A program made the position numbers and the translations under genes. 64,000 nt of DNA from the NCBI GenBank assembly GCA_002269645.1, contig NIVC01002559.1, positions 97,640 to 161,639 on the forward strand, written 5' to 3'. Below, piece by piece: positions 59,411 to 64,000 of this stretch. A model generated the notes under the pieces. It was not told the DNA's origin and did no database searches. It saw only the letters and a list, made by a program, of their open reading frames with translations. Each line of letters begins with the position of its first letter. The stretch's first letter is position 1. Origin of the DNA: Macrostomum lignano (lineage: Eukaryota).

Positions 59411-62400
59411 TTTATTATTCTGGATTCAACCCCCTAAGTCTGATATAAATATACTATACGAGTTTGGGCCCTGCGCCCCACGCTCTTTTGTCGCTTCAAT
59501 TTAACTCTAATTTAAACAGATTTTATAGTCAATTTTCTTCACACTGTTTGTTGAATATTTCCTTTCTTTACAATTGCCTCGTCAGAAATTCACGGCAAAA
59601 TATAGTGGAGAATATGTTCACTGATATAGTGTGATAAAAATGACATAGCCACCCCAGAATTCCTTATACTTAGCGTCCTGGGATAGCTTAAAAATGAATG
59701 ATAGGCCTGTTAAATGGTCAAACATCGGAGTCAGCTTTGGCTGAAGGAACAAATTGTGCAGTTTTTTTACTTTGTTAATAACAGCTTCCGATAAACATTA
59801 GAGCGTGTGTAATATTTATTTGTTTTTTTAATTAATACACAAAATAGAAAATATTGCTTCCGATGAGCGTTATTATAATAGCTTTATGATAGAATACACT
59901 TAAACAAGTATTGCTCTTCTGGTTACAAAAATAAATGTTGACAGTTGCACTATCAAAAAGATACCTCTGAGCGGCGACAAGAGGGCGAGTTACGGGGGAG
60001 GTAGGGGAGGGTGATGAGAAAGAGAAGGGACAGTGAGATTCACTAAGAGATGATTCACTAGGTAAATAAAATGACAAAAATCGATATCGACGATCGACGA
60101 TCGCAAAATGAGATTCAACGATTTGCTACTCTGTAACTTTTCGAATTTGAAACAACTGACAGACTTTTGTACTCTGAAACACTTTAAAACAATAATTTAG
60201 GATATTTTTTTGTTTTCTAGACGCCCCCCCCCCTCATCAACAGCTCTAGCGATAGACAGGTGCACGGACAGGTATAGTTAACGGATGAGCAACTCCGAGT
60301 GCAGCGTCAACTGTTGGTTTTCGTGACTCGCAGAAGAAATGCGACCATGGAAAGAAAGAGAACACTCAAAACAAGACAACAGAGCGCTGCTAAGGAGCGG
60401 AGAGTCACGTGAAGAGACATCGAGGGGAGCGAGGTTAACTGGATTTTTGATGGAACACCCGACGCTTAAAAAGAATCATCTAGCTATTTGATAACTCGCT
60501 CCGAAATTTCACGGACGAGCGAGTCACAGGCGGCTGCTCACGGTCACAGTGGCTGGGAGGCACCAGTAATTATTGAATTTTTTGTTGCTAAGCTCATCTT
60601 CACTTTGCCACTCATCAAAGTCAGGAAAATATTCTTTTTGAGGCGAATTAGGGGAGTTAGTCAGTTTTTGTTGCTGCTGCTGCTGATAATGATGGAGCTC
60701 GTTCTGTTGAAAAGGAGTCTGCACGCGGGTCATTTGAAGGCCAAGGAACAGCGATGCGACCCCGCCGTATGGCGTTGCTACACCGTAGCATCTGAATGGC
60801 AGGAATGGGCAGATTAACGCTTGTTTGACAAGTTATTCTGAGGTGAAAATACAAGCCTAAGTCAAAAGTTCCAAGTCCTCTAACACATCCCAGTCTGCCT
60901 GATGTCCCTTTGACTCTTTCCTCCTTTAATCTCTTCTCCACTTTATCTCTTCTCGAAAATCGCTTCACCTTAATTGCCATCCTGTCTCTCTCTTGTTCCT
61001 AATCTACATGTACCCAGCTATGCCTCTCAATCTCTTCCGCACATTATGCCTCTGTCTTTTGCTTTTCTATTTCGATCCTGCATGTATCAAAAGGCAAACC
61101 TGGCATCAATAAATATGGTTTAACGCGATATACAGTATTAAAATATGTCTCTGATTTTGGAAAGTCATGCAAAACGGCCCACCAGCTAAAATAGAAGCCA
61201 CAGATCAAGGGTTACAGGGTGGCACTTGCTGTCAGTAATTTGCATGAGAGCGGCAACAGTCAGCAAATCTGAAACACACATGTCAATAACCATAAATAAT
61301 GAATTTATTGCCAAAGGCTTTTCAAAGAGGTACTATAGTTAGGGCCGAGGATTTTTCGACAACATGCATTTTGATGACGTTAGTTTTAATTGTGCGCCAT
61401 CAAGCCACAACCAAGACAATCCGAATAAATCTGGTTGTTATCACGGGTGCGATTTGTTATAATTGAAGGGCAATTCAAAGGGCTTTTATTCCCAAAAAGC
61501 AGTATCCATTTGAATCTTAGCCAAAATTTTCTCCTAATATGACCACATTTTTTGTTAAAAAATTACGTCATGACAACAAATTTATAAAAATATGCGACAG
61601 ACACGCCGCATACGAGCTCTTAAATGTAGTGACAAGACAGGAAAAAAACTCCAAATTATGTTTGCCTGACCTGCAAGCTCGAGCACCTCAAGCTCTCGGA
61701 GACCAAGAAGCCATCTGATAGTTGATGGATAGAAATTTGAATAGAAGAGTTGGCAAAAAATTGTTGAAATAAATTTAAGTACTACAAATTAATATGCATC
61801 GTAGCTACACTGATCATAACATTTGAAACGCAGCAAAAGCGACAGCTTAGGGCGGCGACTCCAACATTAAGCTTTGTTATACTGTTGAGATTTCAAGCCT
61901 AAATGAGTAACGCACAGGAAAAATTCTCTACTTATTCCTTCATTACCTTAGAATCAGTTTTCAACACTGCAAAATAACGATAAGTATATTTACCGGTATT
62001 TTTTTGTTTTAACGAATGAAGTATTTTTAAACTGTAGAAAAAGCCGAAATAATTTTTTTTTAAAACTACGGAATGCCTAAAACTGAAGACACTGAATAAC
62101 GCTAGCACCTAATTGGGTTTTCAATATGTGCAGATTTTTATAAAAGCTTCTGGCGCCCGTACATGTACTTTTGATGCAAAGATTAAATAGAAACAATTTT
62201 CCGCTAATCGTTTTGTTATAACTATTTGATGAAAGCCACACCTAGAGTATGCTGATCTGATGTAACTAATTGTATAATGTTGCGTACTCTCTTAGGTGTG
62301 TACCTGACAATGAAGTCTTGTGAATTACACATTCATAACGACAGTTAATCTGAGCCTGGAGAGCAACAATATAGCATTTCATGTTTTGCTTGATAAACAA

Positions 62401-63012
62401 GTTGTGTTTCGAAGAATTTATCATCATCGCTATAGTGAAAATGATATATTCAGCAAAGCACTCAAGTGAGCTTACTTTGGCACGGCTTTGGTCTCAGCAG
62501 CTGCGGCAATGGGCGATGGCGGCAGCTTCTCCATGGCGATGGAACTGCAATAAACAAAAAAATTTACTCGCTTGTTATAAACAAACCAATAAAATTTTAG
62601 TATTTCTTTAACTTTAGAGCAAATATCAAACGTGAAAATAAGTTCATTATTTTAGTTATTAATTTTTAAACGCAGACTACTATGAAAGGCAATCTCAAGT
62701 GCTGAAAAGTTTAACGTTAAAATTACGGGTGCATGTAAGAGAATCAATGTTAAAATTATGCGTTGTGTGAGGCAGTCTAGAAATAAAATTTTATGCAAGT
62801 GTTATAGCTAGGCATTCATTAGAGTTAGAACTAAAAATATTAATAAAGCCGTGTTCTACGAAACATTATTTTAACAAATACTCACTGAAACTAAACAAAT
62901 GAAAGTCAAATATTGCAAGAAGAATTGCAGACATGCGCGGTCGGAAGAACGCGACAACTTTTTAACTTTAATTTTAATAATACTGCTGCGACATCCTTGA
63001 GTTTCTAAGAAA

Positions 63013-63178
63013 TCAAACCGCCGTGCGCAATATCGGCAGCCCGTTATTTTCAGAGTCGGCCGCCTCCTCGCCGGACGAGAGCTCCGGCACGATGACGGAG
63101 AAGGCCAGACTCTGGTAGGGCGCTGGCTCGAACATTATTCGGGACAGGGTCAGGCCGCTGGGAGAGTGACCGTCAGCT
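63013..63178 (-). CDS. Possible terminal exon of the same unidentified gene
   Basis: Pyrimidine tract plus gtcgtcag| acceptor and a GC-rich frame ADGHSPSG...LPILRTAV*. That frame does not match the phase of the upstream donor, so the join is unresolved. Confidence 0.3.
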
Positions 63179-63770
63179 CTGACGACGGCACAACAAGGCG
63201 TAGGAGGAATAATAATAAAAATTTGGTCAGTTTGGTAATGTTCTTTGAGTAGCAACGCGATGAAGTGTTTATGTGTGGAGTTACAAAAATGGGCAATGTG
63301 CATAATTCCTACATAGAGCAGTGCTATGGATACGGGGAAGTCCATAAAACACATGATTAGATGTAAGATAAAATGCTTAGTATTCTTTTAATTGTACTCC
63401 AATACCATACACATATCTTATTACATGTAAACGCGGGCTAAGCCTCGAAAAGTACATATTGTTTACTGGTACGCGTTCTTTATTACAATACTTAGTAGTA
63501 CGAGGGTATAGTAGAGCTAACTAGAATATAGTCTGCATACATTGCATAATATGTAATTGTAATAAAGTCATTGTATTGTAGATTATATTAAATATAGGAA
63601 AATCATTGCTTCACATGCATCATAATTTTAAGTAGAGAATAGGAAAAATTAATACCAGAACATTTTAAAAACACCATGAACCCATGAATAGAGTTGCAAC
63701 TAAGCAGCAATAACTCACGATCCCATGGGATTCGGCTGATAGAGTAGCAAACTAAGCAACAATCACTCAC

Positions 63771-64000
63771 GATCCATGGGATTCGCTGCCCAGCTGTCGG
63801 ACTGCCCGCTGCACCGTTCGGCTGCTCGACCGTCGCCTCTGTCGCGGCGCCCGCGCTGTCACCAGCAGCAACAGCAGCGGCAGTCGCAGTCTGACCCTCA
63901 GCCTCTGCCGGCTCATCCTGACGCTGCGGATTCTTGTAGGCGGCGTCACCGTTGCCGCAAAAGCTCCGTTTGCCGTAGGCCAAGTTGATGGCGCTCAGCG
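63771..64000 (-). CDS. Probable exon of an unidentified gene entering from the right edge (Ala/Glu/Gly-rich)
   Basis: GC-rich open frame LSAINLAYGKRSFCGNG...GQRIPWI ending at donor ATC|gtgagt. Confidence 0.45.

Overview
This is eukaryotic (metazoan, invertebrate-like) genomic DNA with GT-AG introns, TTAGGG repeats and very long microsatellites. Its style resembles a free-living flatworm such as Macrostomum, but that is inference only. (1) Positions 1-12882, minus strand: 11 phase-consistent exons (about 2,890 codons) of an RNF213/mysterin-like giant AAA+ ATPase gene that runs off the left edge. One exon missed by the ORF track encodes a 9-aa tandem repeat (NQPVQTGT[P/L] x12). (2) 14.4-19.3 kb: a large inverted repeat pair, a CCAAT/TATA promoter pointing at the RNF213-like gene, and a TA-flanked MITE. 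(3) 20.8-54.2 kb: a cluster of intronless class A GPCRs. It holds three melatonin-receptor-like paralogues with ARN in place of DRY, a fragment of the same family, a divergent peptide-receptor-like gene broken by one in-frame TGA, and an FMRFamide-receptor-like gene. (4) 28599-39148: three head-to-tail non-autonomous Helitrons (A-B-A) carrying two related 23-bp satellites, an 18-bp satellite, TTAGGG tracts and decayed internal copies of their own 3' end. (5) Two tRNA-derived CORE-type SINEs, two tail-to-tail RTE-like LINE fragments, 1.2-1.3 kb (GATA)n and (CAGA)n arrays, and probable 3' exons of an unidentified gene at the right edge. No rRNA, functional tRNA or CRISPR array is supported.
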